A stretch of 64,000 nucleotides of DNA. It comes from Paecilomyces variotii (taxonomy: Eukaryota). The notes under the pieces were generated by a model. It worked only from the letters and a program-made list of their open reading frames with translations. It searched no databases and was not told the origin of the DNA. This document shows, in pieces, positions 1 through 14,099 of this stretch. Location of the stretch: assembly GCA_004022145.1 (NCBI GenBank), contig RCNU01000015.1; one strand, 5' to 3'. The position numbers and the translations under genes are program-made. Each line of letters starts with the position of its first letter. The first letter of the stretch is position 1.

Positions 1-761
1 AGTATGCGGGCAATTCCGCACGGACCTTTATGTGCCATTGAATGACGGCCACCTTGTGAGTCGGGGCCATTTCGCAGGTAGTGTGTATCTTCGAAATTTC
101 AACGCTTCCTCGGGGTGAAGGATACAAAAAAGTAGAAAAAAAATGTTCGCTGAGACGAGGCAATGTCACTGGAGTAGTCTAATCAAGGCTGAGATATCAG
201 GAATATGACTAATTGATACATATGGAATTGAAAGCGATGATGATAGGAGGGGAAGAGGAGTGGTAATACCGTTACGTTAACCGTCCCATGTTTATCGTAC
301 TGCACCCCGCTTTTACGAGCTGTTTATATTCATAGGAGGCCAAAGCATCGTATATATATATATATTCATAAATGCAAATCTAGACCCGTCCCAGAGTGCC
401 AAAACTAAGAAATTGTGACTGTAGTTGTCTAGTAGTACTCAAGATTCTTCACAAAAATGACCTGTATAGAATAGCGAATCCTATAAAACAGAGCACTAAA
501 TATGCTCACCGGTTAAGTATCGCGATGAAAGGTGACAACAAATGAACCGTCGAGTAACTAGTTACAAATGTCCCCACTCTGATTACATATGGTATTGCAA
601 CTGCGCCCTAACTATGACATGGTTTCTATTTGCCGTACATCCAATTTTTCATCTATGGATGGACAAAAAAAAATCTATATTACAAGGTTTTCCTAGATAA
701 TTAGGCACGGGTCACTCCAAATAGGATTTCCCAGGTCCATCGCACGAGTTGCAACGGCATA

Positions 762-2340
762 ATGTCGACTGTCACTCATACTACCGCTATCGAGCTTCAA
801 CCCAACGGCATCGCTCTTGAAGAACGACAGACTCGACATGCCCATTCTGCTACTACAGACCAAGATGAAGTAATCCAAGCATCTCTCATCGCAGACTCTC
901 AGGTTCCGGATGGAGGTTACGGCTGGGTCGTCATCTTCGGTTGCGCAGTGGTCACTTGGTGGTTTGTCGGCACATCTTATTGCTGGGGAGTGACACAGGC
1001 TGCTCTTGTCGAACGGGGACTGTCGTCTCCGTCGACACTGTCATTCGTGGGGTCACTGACTACCGCTTGTATATCGTTCCTTGCCGTCCTCAATGCGAGA
1101 GTCATTAGGAAATTGGGATCTAGGATCACAGCCCTTCTCGGGGTGTTGCTTGTGGGCCTTGGAGAGATTCTCAGCGGATTTGCTACGGAGAATATTGGCG
1201 GACTATTCATGACTTCTGGTGTCATTACGGGAATTGGAACCAGGTAAGAGACGTACTCTTAATATCCAAGTGTAAGATCCTTCTGACTGTCTTTCAGCCT
1301 ATGTTTTATGGTAAATCCACTACGATAACTAGATGATATCGACATGCGGAGAACTAATGCTTTCAGGTTGTCTCCGTGACGCCAGCTCAGTACTTCAAAA
1401 AGAAACGCGGAGTGGCCAATGGCATTGTTTACGCGGGCGGTGGACTTGGAGGAGCGGTCATCAGTTTTATCATGAATAGCCTGTTAACAAAACTCGGACC
1501 AGCCTGGGCATTTAGAGTCATTGGGTTCATTACACTAGGCACAGGCCTTCCTGCAGCTTATCTCATTAAGGAGCGCACCACCATTCGTCCAAGTGCCTTC
1601 ATTGAATGGTCTGTCTATCCCCTTCCGCTCGATGACGAAAATCTCTTTCTCACAACGCCTCAGGAGATTATTCCGGGATGTTCGGTTTGCAGTTCTCTTT
1701 GCTGCCGGGGCCGTTGCGACCTTTCCCCTCTTCGTCCCGCCGTTCTTCTTACCATTGTATGCCAACTCTCTCAAGTTGTCCTCCAGCATTGGGGCAGGTC
1801 TAGTCGCCGCTTTCAATTTCTCCTCTGCAATAGGACGGTTGATCTGTGGGTTCGGAAGCGACAGTGTTGGGCCGCTCAATACACTGTTTGTCTCCCTCCT
1901 GTTGAGTGCTATCAGCATGCTGGTTCTGTGGCCTGTATCAGAGTCACTTGGTCCTCTGGTCGCGTTTGTCATTATCAACGGTATGGCCAACGGTGGGTTT
2001 TTCGCCACCATGCCAACAGTCATCGGAAACGTTTTCGGATCTGCCAGAGTCTCGGTCGCTATGGGCATGATCGTGACTGGGTGGGCTGGAGGATATCTCT
2101 TGGTGAGTTATGTCCAATCTCTCAAAAAAGAAATTAGCAGTTTCTCTGTGTTGTTATATTGACCTTTTGTAGGGTGCCCCTATTGCCGGTTACATACTGA
2201 GCGCTTCCGGTGGACAGCAGAAAGGGATAGAGGCCTATCACCCCGCTATCTTCTACGCTGGTTCCATGGCTCTCGGGGCAACAAGCCTCGTTGGGTTCGT
2301 GCGGCTTAAGACAGATCGACACCTACTCAAGAAACTGTGA
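762..2340 (+). CDS. MFS monocarboxylate transporter (MCT/MCH-like), 5 exons
   Basis: N-terminal VPDGGYGWVV motif typical of the MCT family, QYFKKKRGVANG loop and multiple TM helices. Introns at about 1244-1297, 1311-1366, 1609-1663 and 2104-2171; stop TGA at 2338-2340. Confidence 0.9.
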
Positions 2341-4443
2341 ATGTATGCCACCAGAGCGGACATACAAGCGTCCGTGGCACACGAGGTTACACGAAGTTTG
2401 GAAGTTAGCGTGTATGATAGGCGAGTTATTTATGGTTAATAAAGTGAAGCGTAGTTCTAAAACAGGACTCGTGCATTTATCTCCGCCACAGGATCTAGAT
2501 GTCTGTTTATCGCAGACGACATTAGCTCCCAGCCCCGCCAAAGTCATCAATTGGCCTGGGGTGCCAATGGAGACCCCGATTTCGGTCATCAGCCGGCATC
2601 TCGCATATATGCAGACTCATGTGAGAGGAGATGATGCGCAGCGCGGGGTTCAGAGCGTGCTGACCACTTGCTCTGTAAGTACTAGTCGACCACCTCTAAT
2701 GTTGATAGACTCGCGTCTTGCAGATGCTGCGGGGTATTAGAGTCGTTTGTGGGGGCTGGCTAGGTAACAGATGATCAAGAATTGCCTTGAAATGGCGACA
2801 GCCCGGTGCGCCATCAAACAAACTCTACTCTAGAGGCAAAAATGTATCTAGAAATCTGGCAGAGGAGCTCGTGGGGAAGTGAGTACGTGCGATATGCCGT
2901 GGATCAGCACTGCAACTGGTGTGCGAACATGTGCTATATGCTGCATGTAGCCAAGAATGGCTTTATCAATCAAGTGCGATCTGCCAGACCCCGAATGCAG
3001 CCGACACAGATGAATTTTCCCGATTGGGTTGACTGGAATGTATGTATGTACTGTACATCCGCAGATGTAGAGTAATACATGGTGAAGAGAACAAAGGAAA
3101 ATACGGAGCACTCTCTGTACTGCCAATAATATGATATCAGACCAGAAACCCCTACTTATTGAATAGTAGGAGTATCTGAATAGAAGTCTTCGTGGGCCTT
3201 CTTAGCACAGATGATCCGCCGTTGGAAACAATTGTCCCATCAGGGGCTTTTGACGTCTGAAATTGCGATTTGGGCTGCTTTGATCTTATCAGTGTCCGCC
3301 CTGAAACGAGCTGCTAAGCAGAGAACCATGCAAATCCGTTGCCGAGAGCCAAAATGAACTGCGGCGGCCAATTTCCCCATCTGGCTATGGCATAGTCAAT
3401 CCGATAAAAAAATAAATGTCTCATGGAGCCAGGCGGGGCGTTGCACTGCGCCATGGCCAGTGCGCGAATGAGCAGTGGAAAGTTTTCGACACAGAAAGAG
3501 CACATCGTCGCAATTCGACCCTCTTGGTGGCGGTCCTTCAATAATATTAAATCATATTAAGATATCACCTATCTACCCTGCCGTCGAGTTAGCACATACA
3601 TACATTATTATTATTAGACTATGGGAAAACTCTGGCCGGAAAAAGCTTGCCAAGACGACATCCCCTAAACCTCCCTCTCAACGGCCAGAGGGACACATTC
3701 AAAAGACCAGATTCATCCCATCTTCTGTCCCTGCCATCCATTATTGGCCTCAAACAGCCCGTATTATTGCGTCTCTCGGGGTGTGCGTGGCGCAGTGGTT
3801 AACGGGCATCGATCGATCCGGGCTTGCGTCGACTCGGGCGGTCTTGGCCAGCACCGTCGCTGCGCTACTTCGATCTCAGTTGCTCCGACTTGAGCAACAC
3901 CAGAAGTTCTAGCCACAGCCTGCCCCCTTAGCTGAACCGCCAAGTTTAGACTGTTGCTCTTGGTATGATTGCATCCCTCCACTGCTCAATTCAAAATAAT
4001 CCTGGCTGCTTACTCTTGCTCTGTCTCAAGTTCTAGTTAGTTAGTCGACGTTTTCCTTGAAATTCGTGTGCCGATCGCTCAGTGTACCGGTCCCTTGTCA
4101 TCATGAGATTTACCTCGCAGCTACATTTCGTCTCGTCAAAAGCGCGGATTCTCCGCTCCTAAGGGCTAACAGCGATCGATCTATGGCGATAACTGCACAA
4201 AAAAAAAAAAAAAAACTCCCTCATAGCTTCAACGAACATCGTCGCGGGATTTTTCCGGTCGCACTGTAACCGTCTGCTCTTGCGACCAGAGTACCTCCAA
4301 CACACAATCTCCATATCCGTCCCTGATCGTCGTTTTCGTCCGATAAAGCGTCACCTATATAAAAATCCCACAGACAGTGTCAGCGCTCTCTCGAACTGAG
4401 CGCGGGGTCTTCCCCAGCGCCTCTGGTGTCAAGAACAAGCAGG

Positions 4444-6942
4444 ATGTTCTCTGCCGTCCTGCCAAAATTTAATTCCATGAAGGAGAAGGTGCCCTTCTTG
4501 AAACAGATACGCCTCAACTTTATTACCATCCACTATGTCTATATTATTCTATGGGCGATCATCGGATCGGTCATTGTCTATGGTGGAGGAGGACTTGCCT
4601 ACATCGATGCACTTTTCCTCGCATCGGGCGCCGCGACCCAGAGCGGCTTGAACACTGTCGATATCAACAAGCTCAACACCTTCCAGCAGATTACTTTCTA
4701 CTGGATGTCCATGTTCACGACCCCGATTTTTATCCACTCCTTCGTCGTATTTATTCGACTTTACTGGTTCGAAAAGCGCTTTCAGCATGTCGTACAGGAC
4801 GCTCGAGCTATGCGTCGTACCAAGTCAAGGTCGAGAACAATGACGACGGACAAGGATCGAGACGGTGACGAGGCGGAAAGAGGTGTCCGTGGCCGCCCAA
4901 TTATTGTCCTGCGTAACCGTTCAAGTGAAGGCGGCCGAAGTATAGAAAATGAGCATGTCATAAAGCCGGATCGCGAGTCGCCTTCGGAGTCCTCTGAGTC
5001 GCCTCACGGTACACGGCAGCGCGACGAAGACGCCGGAAATGAGAAGGATACGGACAGTGGAGAGGACAATCCCCGTAGTCAATCAGGGACCCGATCCCGC
5101 TCTCGCCGCGTCAGTAGTCTGCGTGTCCCAACCCAGCTCAGTCCGGAACACCATATCGCGTTTCTAGAGAATCAACGAAGGGACAAGGGAGCCCTGCGTA
5201 TTCCGAGTCCCCGTGAATACGATCGTGGTGGCGTGCCGCAGGCTCTCGAAGATGACCCCGCTGATCTTACCAGAATCGACACTCGTCGATCTGGGCGGAG
5301 TTCCAAAGAAGAGGACCGCGAAAATACTCACGGCCCATCGCACATCAGCCCGCATATTACTATCAACGAGCCCGACTTCCTGCGCCAACGGAGCCGAACT
5401 ACAACGTTCCCGCGTCTCGAAACGCGCCGTACTATGCGTGACGAGGAGGGTGACGATATGGAGCTCGAACAATCTCGGACAAGGAGAGGCCGATTCAACA
5501 GTCTGATGCGATCCTTTACGCAGGAGCGAGAAAGAGATACAATCCCTTATCTAAGTTGGAATGCAACAATTGGCCGCAACTCCAACTTTGTCGCTCTAAC
5601 TGAAGAACAGCGGAATGAACTCGGAGGTATAGAATATCGGGCACTGAAAACTCTGGCAGTTATCTTGATATCATTCTACGTCTTCTTCCACGTTCTTGGC
5701 ATAATATTCCTGGTTCCTTGGATCATGAATACCAAGACATACGGAGACGTCGTGACAGGCGATGGCCAGGGACGTCCCTGGTGGGGTATTTTCACAGCTG
5801 CCTCCGCTTTCAACGATGTGGGATACACACTGACCCCGGATTCGATGAATTCTTTTGCTCGTGCGATATATCCTCTCCTGATAATGTCGTTCTTGATCGT
5901 CATTGGAAACACCGGCTTCCCATGCATGTTGCGACTTGTTATATGGCTCATGACGAAAATTGTGTCCAAGGGAAGTCCCATATGGGAAGAGCTCGTGTTC
6001 CTTCTGGATCATCCGCGCCGTTGCTTTACACTTCTATTTCCTAGAAATGCCACCTGGTGGCTGTTTGCTATCCTGGTGATACTCAATGCGCTGGATGTGA
6101 TCTTCTTCATCGTTCTGGATGTGAGTACATCGGTTCTAGTTCATTCTGCGCTCCATCTGACGTTCCGTTTCTAGCTTGACGACCCCTCTGTCACATCCAT
6201 CCCAGGCGGTATCCGATTTCTTGACGGCCTCTTTCAAGCTGTCTCGACGAGAACGGCAGGATTTGGTGTCATCAGTTTGTCTGATCTCCACCCGGCTATC
6301 CAGGTCTCCTACCTGATCATGATGTATATCTCCGTCTTCCCCATCGCCATTTCCATGAGACGAACAAACGTCTACGAAGAGAGGAGTCTCGGAATCTATT
6401 CAGCGGTCGATGAAGAGGATGACGAGGACGATAATACTAAAGAACCAAGCTACATTGGTGCTCACTTGCGGAGACAGCTGAGTTTCGACCTCTGGTATGT
6501 GTTCTTGGGAATGTTCATAATCGCGATTGTGGAAGGAGACCGTCTGCAGAATACCAACGAGTACGCATTCACCCTTTTCTCGGTCCTGTTCGAGATCATC
6601 TCTGCCTATGGCACGGTTGGATTGTCTCTCGGATATCCAAACGTCAATGCGTCTTTCTCCAGCCAGTTCAGAGTGATTTCAAAGCTGGTCATTATTGCGA
6701 TGCAGATCCGTGGACGGCACCGAGGATTGCCGTATGCTCTTGACCGTGCTATTCTGCTGCCCTCCGAATCTCTCCACAAGAAGGATGCTACAGAAGCGGA
6801 GAAGCGACTACGTCGGCGTCCTTCTAATGTTAGTCGCATGTCTGGCGTCCCCATGCGAAACAGTACTGCCGTGTCCACGTCTAGAGACATAGATAGTCAG
6901 TCACTTCAGCAGCGTAATGTGGGGGAGCAACCGACCACCTGA
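4444..6942 (+). CDS. TRK1: TRK-family potassium transporter
   Basis: Pore motifs GAATQSGLNT, SAFNDVG, STRTAGF and SAYGTVGLSLG; LGGIEYRALK and RGRHRGLP motifs; one intron at 6121-6174; ATG at 4444. Confidence 0.95.
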
Positions 6943-7899
6943 GCTGTCACTCTTCACGGTGTTTCTATATATATACAATTTCTACACTGATAGACGGATT
7001 GGCGTTGACTCGAGTATTACTCTTGGCGTTGCATACCAGGTGGTTCCTGGAAAGTTCATATACACTATGCATCTTGTTGATAAGCAAGCGATTTTACGAT
7101 TATAATCGTGTTACAATGTTTTGATCTTGTTTCTATATTTTCGTCTTTTGGTGGTCCATTTTTGCCAATTGACTGTGTAGGTCTTCTTGATTGGGATTTT
7201 GCATACCAAAACATGCAGGACATTCGCATAATTCTATTACCTCTCCCCGTGCTCATGCAACATAAAGGACTGCTCCAAAATGGACAAGCGCGCATCCAGC
7301 AGACATGATATTACAAAGACTTGTTAATAATGAAATAATTTACCTGCAGGAAACCTCGAGGTCTCGTCACGATCTCGTGGAGCTCCCCCGCATCCCCAGA
7401 CTCTTGGCGGGAAGCTTATGAACGCCCTGCAAATTCCCCCTTTCGCTCCAAGTTGAATTACCCAGTCTTTGGACAGTGGAAGACATTAGCAGTTTCCTGG
7501 GTCGGCTGGATGATGGCTCGCGCCCGCAGGCTAGACCCTCAGATACCGACAGGGAGGTGAATCCAAAATCTCTGGTTCTACTCCAGATGGAGGGAGCAAT
7601 CAGCAGGAAAGATGAAGCATCCGCTAGAGCAGGAAGAGGTAGCATATATCATACATAATATTGGATCGCCTTGGCAGATACAGCAAGTTTTCTATCCCGG
7701 CATAGAAGCTAAGCTGCTGATCCATAAAGGATATATATATTGGCGCAGAATCGTCGGACATACCACTCATCTTCCGTGAAAGTAGCGACCTTTCTTGAGA
7801 AAGAGACCCTTCAGCAAGTCGGTTACGGTATATCGCCATAACTAGAATCATTATTATTCTCCACGCTAAAATTTACGTTCGGATTCTGGCCATAAACAA

Positions 7900-8740
7900 A
7901 AGTACATCCATCCATCCCACTTCGTAGAAACGTCTCCACGCGCTTACTCCCCGTATTAGAATCGACCTCGTTTTCAGAAGACCTTCACCGCGTCTACTGC
8001 GCTGCGAGACCATGAGGAAGGAGGAGAGAGTAGTTATTCACTACGATGAGTGGAATTCCTTGAGCGGAAAGTCGTTCGGTGCTTCTCTGTCTAGTTGAAG
8101 TATCTAGGTATAACTATGTTTCTATTATCGCTGCTGAGTTTGATAATCATATACTAATAACTACTTACTCTATAGCATTCGAGGTGATAGACGACGTGGA
8201 GTTGGACTAGTCTGAACTGAAGCTTTAACACTATGATATGACTTTGAGCAAATTCGATAGGATTTATAGAAACTAATCGAGGGTAAGACGTAAGTTTGCT
8301 GTCAAAGGGGAAGTATATACTAATCACTAGACACTAATTCTAGCTAGGTAATTGAATACGCATCGCTTTGATATATCCTATATGTCCTAGGACTTCTAGG
8401 CGTTGAATAGGTAGTATATATTTTCTTTCTTACTAGGTAGGCGCTGGAAGCGGCGCGTCGAGAACTTTTGACGTTATCTATCTACCGTATACTTACTTAT
8501 TGATGCTGCCCTCCGAGATATCCCCGATCGCGCGGTACTATGGTGCATACTATGGTACTCTACAGTATAATGATACGCAACTGGCACCCAATAATAAATC
8601 TCTACCATAGAGTAACTTAATAATTAATACACAGAACCTTCTGGAGTGCCTAGTACCATATGGTATGGTAGTAGTAGGTTGCGTTGTATGGTATAACTAT
8701 GGTACTCCACGCAGACATGACAGGTGGAGTACCTAAACCC
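7900..8740. pseudogene. Degenerate, RIP-like AT-shifted relic with intron-like remnants
   Basis: Visibly TpA/TAG/CTA-rich. Reading frame AFEVIDDVELD*SELKL*HYDMTLSKFDRIYRN* has stops that C>T/G>A changes could explain. GT...CTAAT...TAG intron-like segments are present. No product is recognisable. Confidence 0.4.
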
Positions 8741-9646
8741 TGCCTCAGCGCGCAAGCTGATGGAACAAGCTGATCGAGATTGCAAGATCCAGGTTGGAGA
8801 TCTCTCGCTTACCAATGAGCGAGTTAGTTCCACAACAAGACGTTTACGATTCCACAGCCTTTCGCTTCAGATTGCATGCGGAGGAAAACCGATAGATAAG
8901 CTTTCTGCTCTGCCTTGATATCGACATCATCGGGTTACTGTTCTCGGCCCGAGGCGGCTGGGTCGACTTACTTATCCCAGGATTTTTTTTACATGCAAAG
9001 TTCGATTTTTTTTTTTCTTGTGATTGTGGCATGATTAGAATATCAAGATGAAATTGATTATTCATGGCAGAACGATTATCGACAATACCTATGTACGTGC
9101 CATAAGTTAAGAGAGAAATGGAGAAAGAGAGAGTAAAGGCCCCAAGGTGGTCCGTGGCGATCATTCTCTCTGTGACTGATCTAGCTGGATCGCGGGCGTG
9201 GCGCATTCCCACTTAGTAGATAGGCCCGCACGGAAACATGCGCATGTCAGCCCTGTTGGAGAATGGCTTGAACCCACCAGCTGTCCATGGAGAAGCTCTT
9301 TCGCTAAGGCGACGACGCGAAGGCTGGGCAGATGTCACTTGGGAGGGTAAAGACAATAGTTATGCTAAGCTGCTGGCGGAGGACGGCAGTATCTAGTCGA
9401 ATCGCACGTGGTTGTTTCCATCTTCTTCTTCATCTTCTTAATATAGAATGCCATTATATTCGATCATGAGCCCAGATAAACTGAGATGGTTAGCCAGCTG
9501 TATCATTTCAGTCTGATCTACTTAGAACCCTTGCTCCACGCCGATCTTACGTTTCACCACTGCGCGATCTTCCCCAGGTTCCTCAAGAGGTAGTTCTTTG
9601 CCGTCTGAACAGCTTCTATGTACTCCAGCACGCATCGGATTAATAG

Positions 9647-12211
9647 ATGAGGTCTGAAAATGGAGATGATGTGGATGATAGGCCATCGGCTCCAGCGAAA
9701 GAGCTGACTGCGCAAAAGACCGGACATGAGGGTGATCAGGAACAGGGACTGTTGTCTTTCGAGACCCTGAATCCCGCGGGGATTCTCAAAATTCCCCAGA
9801 AAGCCGCGCAGAAAGGAGCCGAATTTCTCTTCACGTCGACTACAGACCAATCTGCGGAGAGTTCCGCATCAGAAGATGAAGACTCGCTGGAACCGGCTTT
9901 GTCGGACAGATACCTCAAAACTGATCCGGCATTCAATCCGAATGAAGTCGCTCATGGTCGGCTCCCAGGAGCGCCAAAAGTGACTACTCCAGGGCTCCGG
10001 GGCTCCAGTAACAGAATCGGCAATTCCGCGAAGCGCAAGGTCGCAGCAATCGCACATCCGAAACGAGCAGCAAAGCAGCGGTTTCAATCAAAGACGGCAG
10101 TGAAACTGTCCAAGGCGACGCGGCCGTACATCTCTAAGGAGTCGGATCGTGAGTATCTCGAGGCTCACGACGAACTGTTCAAGGCGGAAGCAGACCGTAA
10201 ACAGGGAAAAGAAGAAAGAGAACGACGACGGAGCGGAGGCAGTTGGGTGTCACTTAATCAAGATGAATGTCGAAAATCAGAGATCGATGGAACGGAGACC
10301 GGGAGCGTCCGAGAGGGCAACGCCTGCACCATCCAGAGGCGGAAACTCGAGAAGTTGGAGGCTCATCGTGAGAGTCTTGCAATTGCTTGGATCACTGGTC
10401 GACATATCAAACGGGTACGGGTCGCGCCAACCCACGTTGTAGGCTATCCGCGATGGGACGATGAAGAGTTCCTGGAGAAGGACGAGGCCGGGAATGTTGT
10501 CCGTTTCAAATGGGAGAGATATATCGGCAAAGTACGTACCATATATACTGTTCTTCCTTCATAGAACCCCCCGCTAAAACGTTACAACCTGTAGCTTCTG
10601 CTTTATCACTCGCAGCCGTTTACGGCCAGGTATGTCGATGACACTTTGCACGAATTAGATTTTGACACAGAGATCCTGGCATATTACATCGAGCGTCTCG
10701 TCATGGCGACGGAACCATGGCAGCAGTGGGCCATGGAAATGAGACGGCTGTACCGGTGGGAAAATCCAAAGAAAACTGGGAAGTGGTTTGCTGTATTTCT
10801 GCTCCTTTGGTATACAGAGCACATTGTGGGTTTCTGTGTCAGTTCTTCTCATGCCGTGATCCTGAAGACTCTTGTTCACAGAGGGACTAATTGATCGAAC
10901 AGCATATGTATGTGATATACATCGTCCTCAAGAGCCGTTACTTTCCGTCCACGGCGGAATCGGTTCGCGAGTCACTGGACAGATCTATCAATAAAAGTGA
11001 ACAAGCGCTACGTTGGGGCGAGATTGTCGACCGACATGGACGAGAGAAGTGGATCGAGCCGCTTCTTGACGAGGTAGCACCGTTCATCCAGCTTCAAGTT
11101 GGAGACATTGCAGACTTCTTCGAGATCTTGAGAAAGTGAGTGACTAGGTGACATATACATATTGTTCAAACAAAATACTAAACCCGAATAGCTTCTATAG
11201 ATGGAGAAACCCCAGCAAGACAGCGGCGACCCTTTTCTTCTTCGCTTCATGCGCGACAGTGTCACTATTTGCAGATACCGCATTCTGCATGAAGATCTTT
11301 TGGCTGGTCGCCATCTTAATGTTCTTTGTGAGCTTCCCAGTATCGAGTCGATGGCCGCAGTATCGCATTGTGGTCAGTCCACTGAGATGGCCAGTCTGGG
11401 ATATTCCCACAAACGGTAAGTGCGGTGGTATCCTTCCTGTCATGTGAGGCCGTAGAAGGAGACGGGCTAGGAGGAGAAGCGCATGCTAATGTGTAATGCA
11501 GCTGAATGGGCAATCCAATATCTCCAGAAGCATGAAATCCTGCGCAGGGAACAAGTTGCAGAACTGGATGGCCAGGCCCCGTCTTCTGCGGCACCAGAGA
11601 GCGGCCTACCGGAGAGTCCTGATGATAGTGCAGCAGACTATCTTGACGCTATCGAAATGTCACAGCAAGAGTCTGACTCGAATGACGCTGAAAAAGAGAC
11701 AACAGATAGCATGGGAAACTCCAGACGGGATATTATTTCCTTCCATGCATATCGTGGAGGCCACACTGGATATCTGTTGATTTCTTCGAATGGTCTGCGA
11801 TTCACGCAGACTCGCCCATTAACTCTCCATCCCAAGAAGCATCGCCAACATAAGATATGGTCTTATCCTTTCTCTAGTCTGCTCGAGATGAGCAAGATCC
11901 ACAGTGACAATAAGTCCAGGCTGACGAGGTTGGGTCCTCACCTGGCGGCACTTTCCTTGGTATTTCTCTCCGACGTTGCACCTACTTATACGCAGAAGAG
12001 CGATGATGAAGGCGATATTGCGTCGGGGGCCAGGTCGGAGAAAAATGTCTCGGTAGAAATTCTAGATATGGATAAGGCTACCCGGGATGAGGTGTTTAAT
12101 CTCATCATTGGCAGGAGCAAGATACGATGGCGGGCGTTTACAGACTGCGACCAAGGAAGGCATAAGGAATCGGCAAAAAAGAAGAGGCCCCATTTCAGAA
12201 GACAGATATAA
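9647..12211 (+). CDS. Conserved fungal membrane protein with TM region and C-terminal GRAM/PH-like domain (GRAMD4/DUF3292-like)
   Basis: Five exons join in frame (about 9647-10531, 10595-10837, 10903-11135, 11193-11416, 11502-12211). Two repeated YRWxNPxKT motifs are followed by hydrophobic segments; C-terminal SFHAYRGGHTGYLLISSNGLRF is GRAM-like. Confidence 0.7.
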
Positions 12212-14099
12212 TTGAAGTATGGATGGTATGTACATAGATATGACCATGATATCCTCATATAGTAATGATGTGTTTCTGTTTTATTTACTTGAGATTCTAT
12301 TGATCGACACGGCGTAAAACAGTCCATTATCAACCTGATTTGTAGTATCTCATGTTACTACAGTAGTACAGTCCAGTCTCTTATGGCACTTAGGCTACAG
12401 TTGTCAAATAATAGTCCCCACAGGAAGCTACGAACTCCTGATGTCTTTAGCCGTTGATACGGAAACGGTTTGATCGACTGTGGTCCAACCTGTTACCTTA
12501 CTGAGTAGTTATCTCAGGTGGGTATCGACCTGCCACCTACTGAGTACGGAGTCTCCGTACTGCTGTACTCTACTCTCAGTAGGAGGTGTAGAGACCTTTT
12601 CTGTCTCTCATCCATGATCAGACTGATTCGATTCTGATTCAATCCTCTAGAGTAATCTGGTTATTTTAGGCGAACACGGGCCAGCTAAGTCACTTATGGA
12701 GCATGACGTTAGCAGCGGGAGCGGGAACGCGTCAACAGACGATCCAGACGGGACGAACACAATGCATCGTTGATGGCAATTGGCTCGATCGAATTTTCTG
12801 GTGGTTGGTCTGAGCTTGAACCATGTTTCTGGCGCAGTAGAGCATGTCTGGATGCGAAATCAAGTTGCAGTGCTTTTCGCACAAGGGTGTAGAGAAGCTT
12901 GTTGCTTATTGCTGGTTGATGGTGTGATCGGCTGGGGGTACTTAATTATCCCGCGGAATGCTTATCAGTTCAGCCTGTTACATAGAGGACGAGGAGCACC
13001 GATGGTTGGAGTGAATGGATGAGGCTTCAGTGCCTTGCGATAATGCAGCGGTATCTGCCTCATCAGTTGCAAATAATAATGATCCAGTGAGTGTTCGCTG
13101 GTTATGAATTCTGAAGTGATGCGAGAGCGAGTAATTATTAGTGGAGGTCTTCCTGGATAAGATGAGGGCGGCTTAACCAGACTTAACCAGAGCCAGTTAA
13201 GAATGTCTCTCCTCTTAGGTCGAAAGGCTGTCAATCGCTTAATGTGTCATCCATCCAGGGACCAGGCACCTTGGAGCCTAATTCTTGATGCGAACGGTAA
13301 CTGTCTGGCTTGGAGATGCTCCATTGACCGCGGGCTAACTGTAACAAGCGCCGGTGTCCAGACTCGTAGAACCTGTTCTATCGAAGTGCAAGTGTAGCCT
13401 TATAGTTAAGTACTGTAGTTGCTGGAGTTACAACGCAGCACGAATGCGGTAAGACGAAGATTGCACATCGGGCGTCTGCCCCAGCCAAATAGATCAGCAT
13501 ACCGCTCTGCAACTCAAGATAGTAACAAATAGCAGATAGCCATGCGACCGTGCAGCGATTTCTCTTGCTTTGGCGTGTAGGATAAATGCTCCGTACATAG
13601 AGTAGCTCGATAGAAAAAAAAAACTTATGGATCTCCTCTACCACTTGGTTTAAGACGTGGATCGCTTTCATTAAATTGACTATGCTGCTCTAGAATTAGC
13701 TTGCAGACTAAGACTCTAATTCACAGATTGTATACGTACCTGATGCGTATCTCCAAGATTGTCGAGACACGCTGATGCGATTGATGGGTGGGTAGCTGCT
13801 GTCTCTATTTGACCTTCCGTGTTCCCCCCTCTCCTCCTTCCAGAGCCTTTTTCTCTTTCATCTGACTTTGCTTCCTCCTTCGTTTAAGCTGGAGAATTAT
13901 TGCTTCATCGGTCACTCGCTTGCCTGCACACATATATCATTACATTCCAACATACAGTGATTTACTATTTTTCCCCCTTACGGTGCCCTCGGGCCTCTCT
14001 GCTTGCCGCAGCACTTGAGCTGCAGGGCCTCCTGGTAGCTTCAATCCGCGGACTGGTACATCTTCGACTGTGCCACACAAACATCGCTCTTCGCCCATC

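Noticed and set aside
1376..2137. 253-aa ORF as a separate gene
   Set aside because: It is an MFS exon reading through an intron into the wrong frame.
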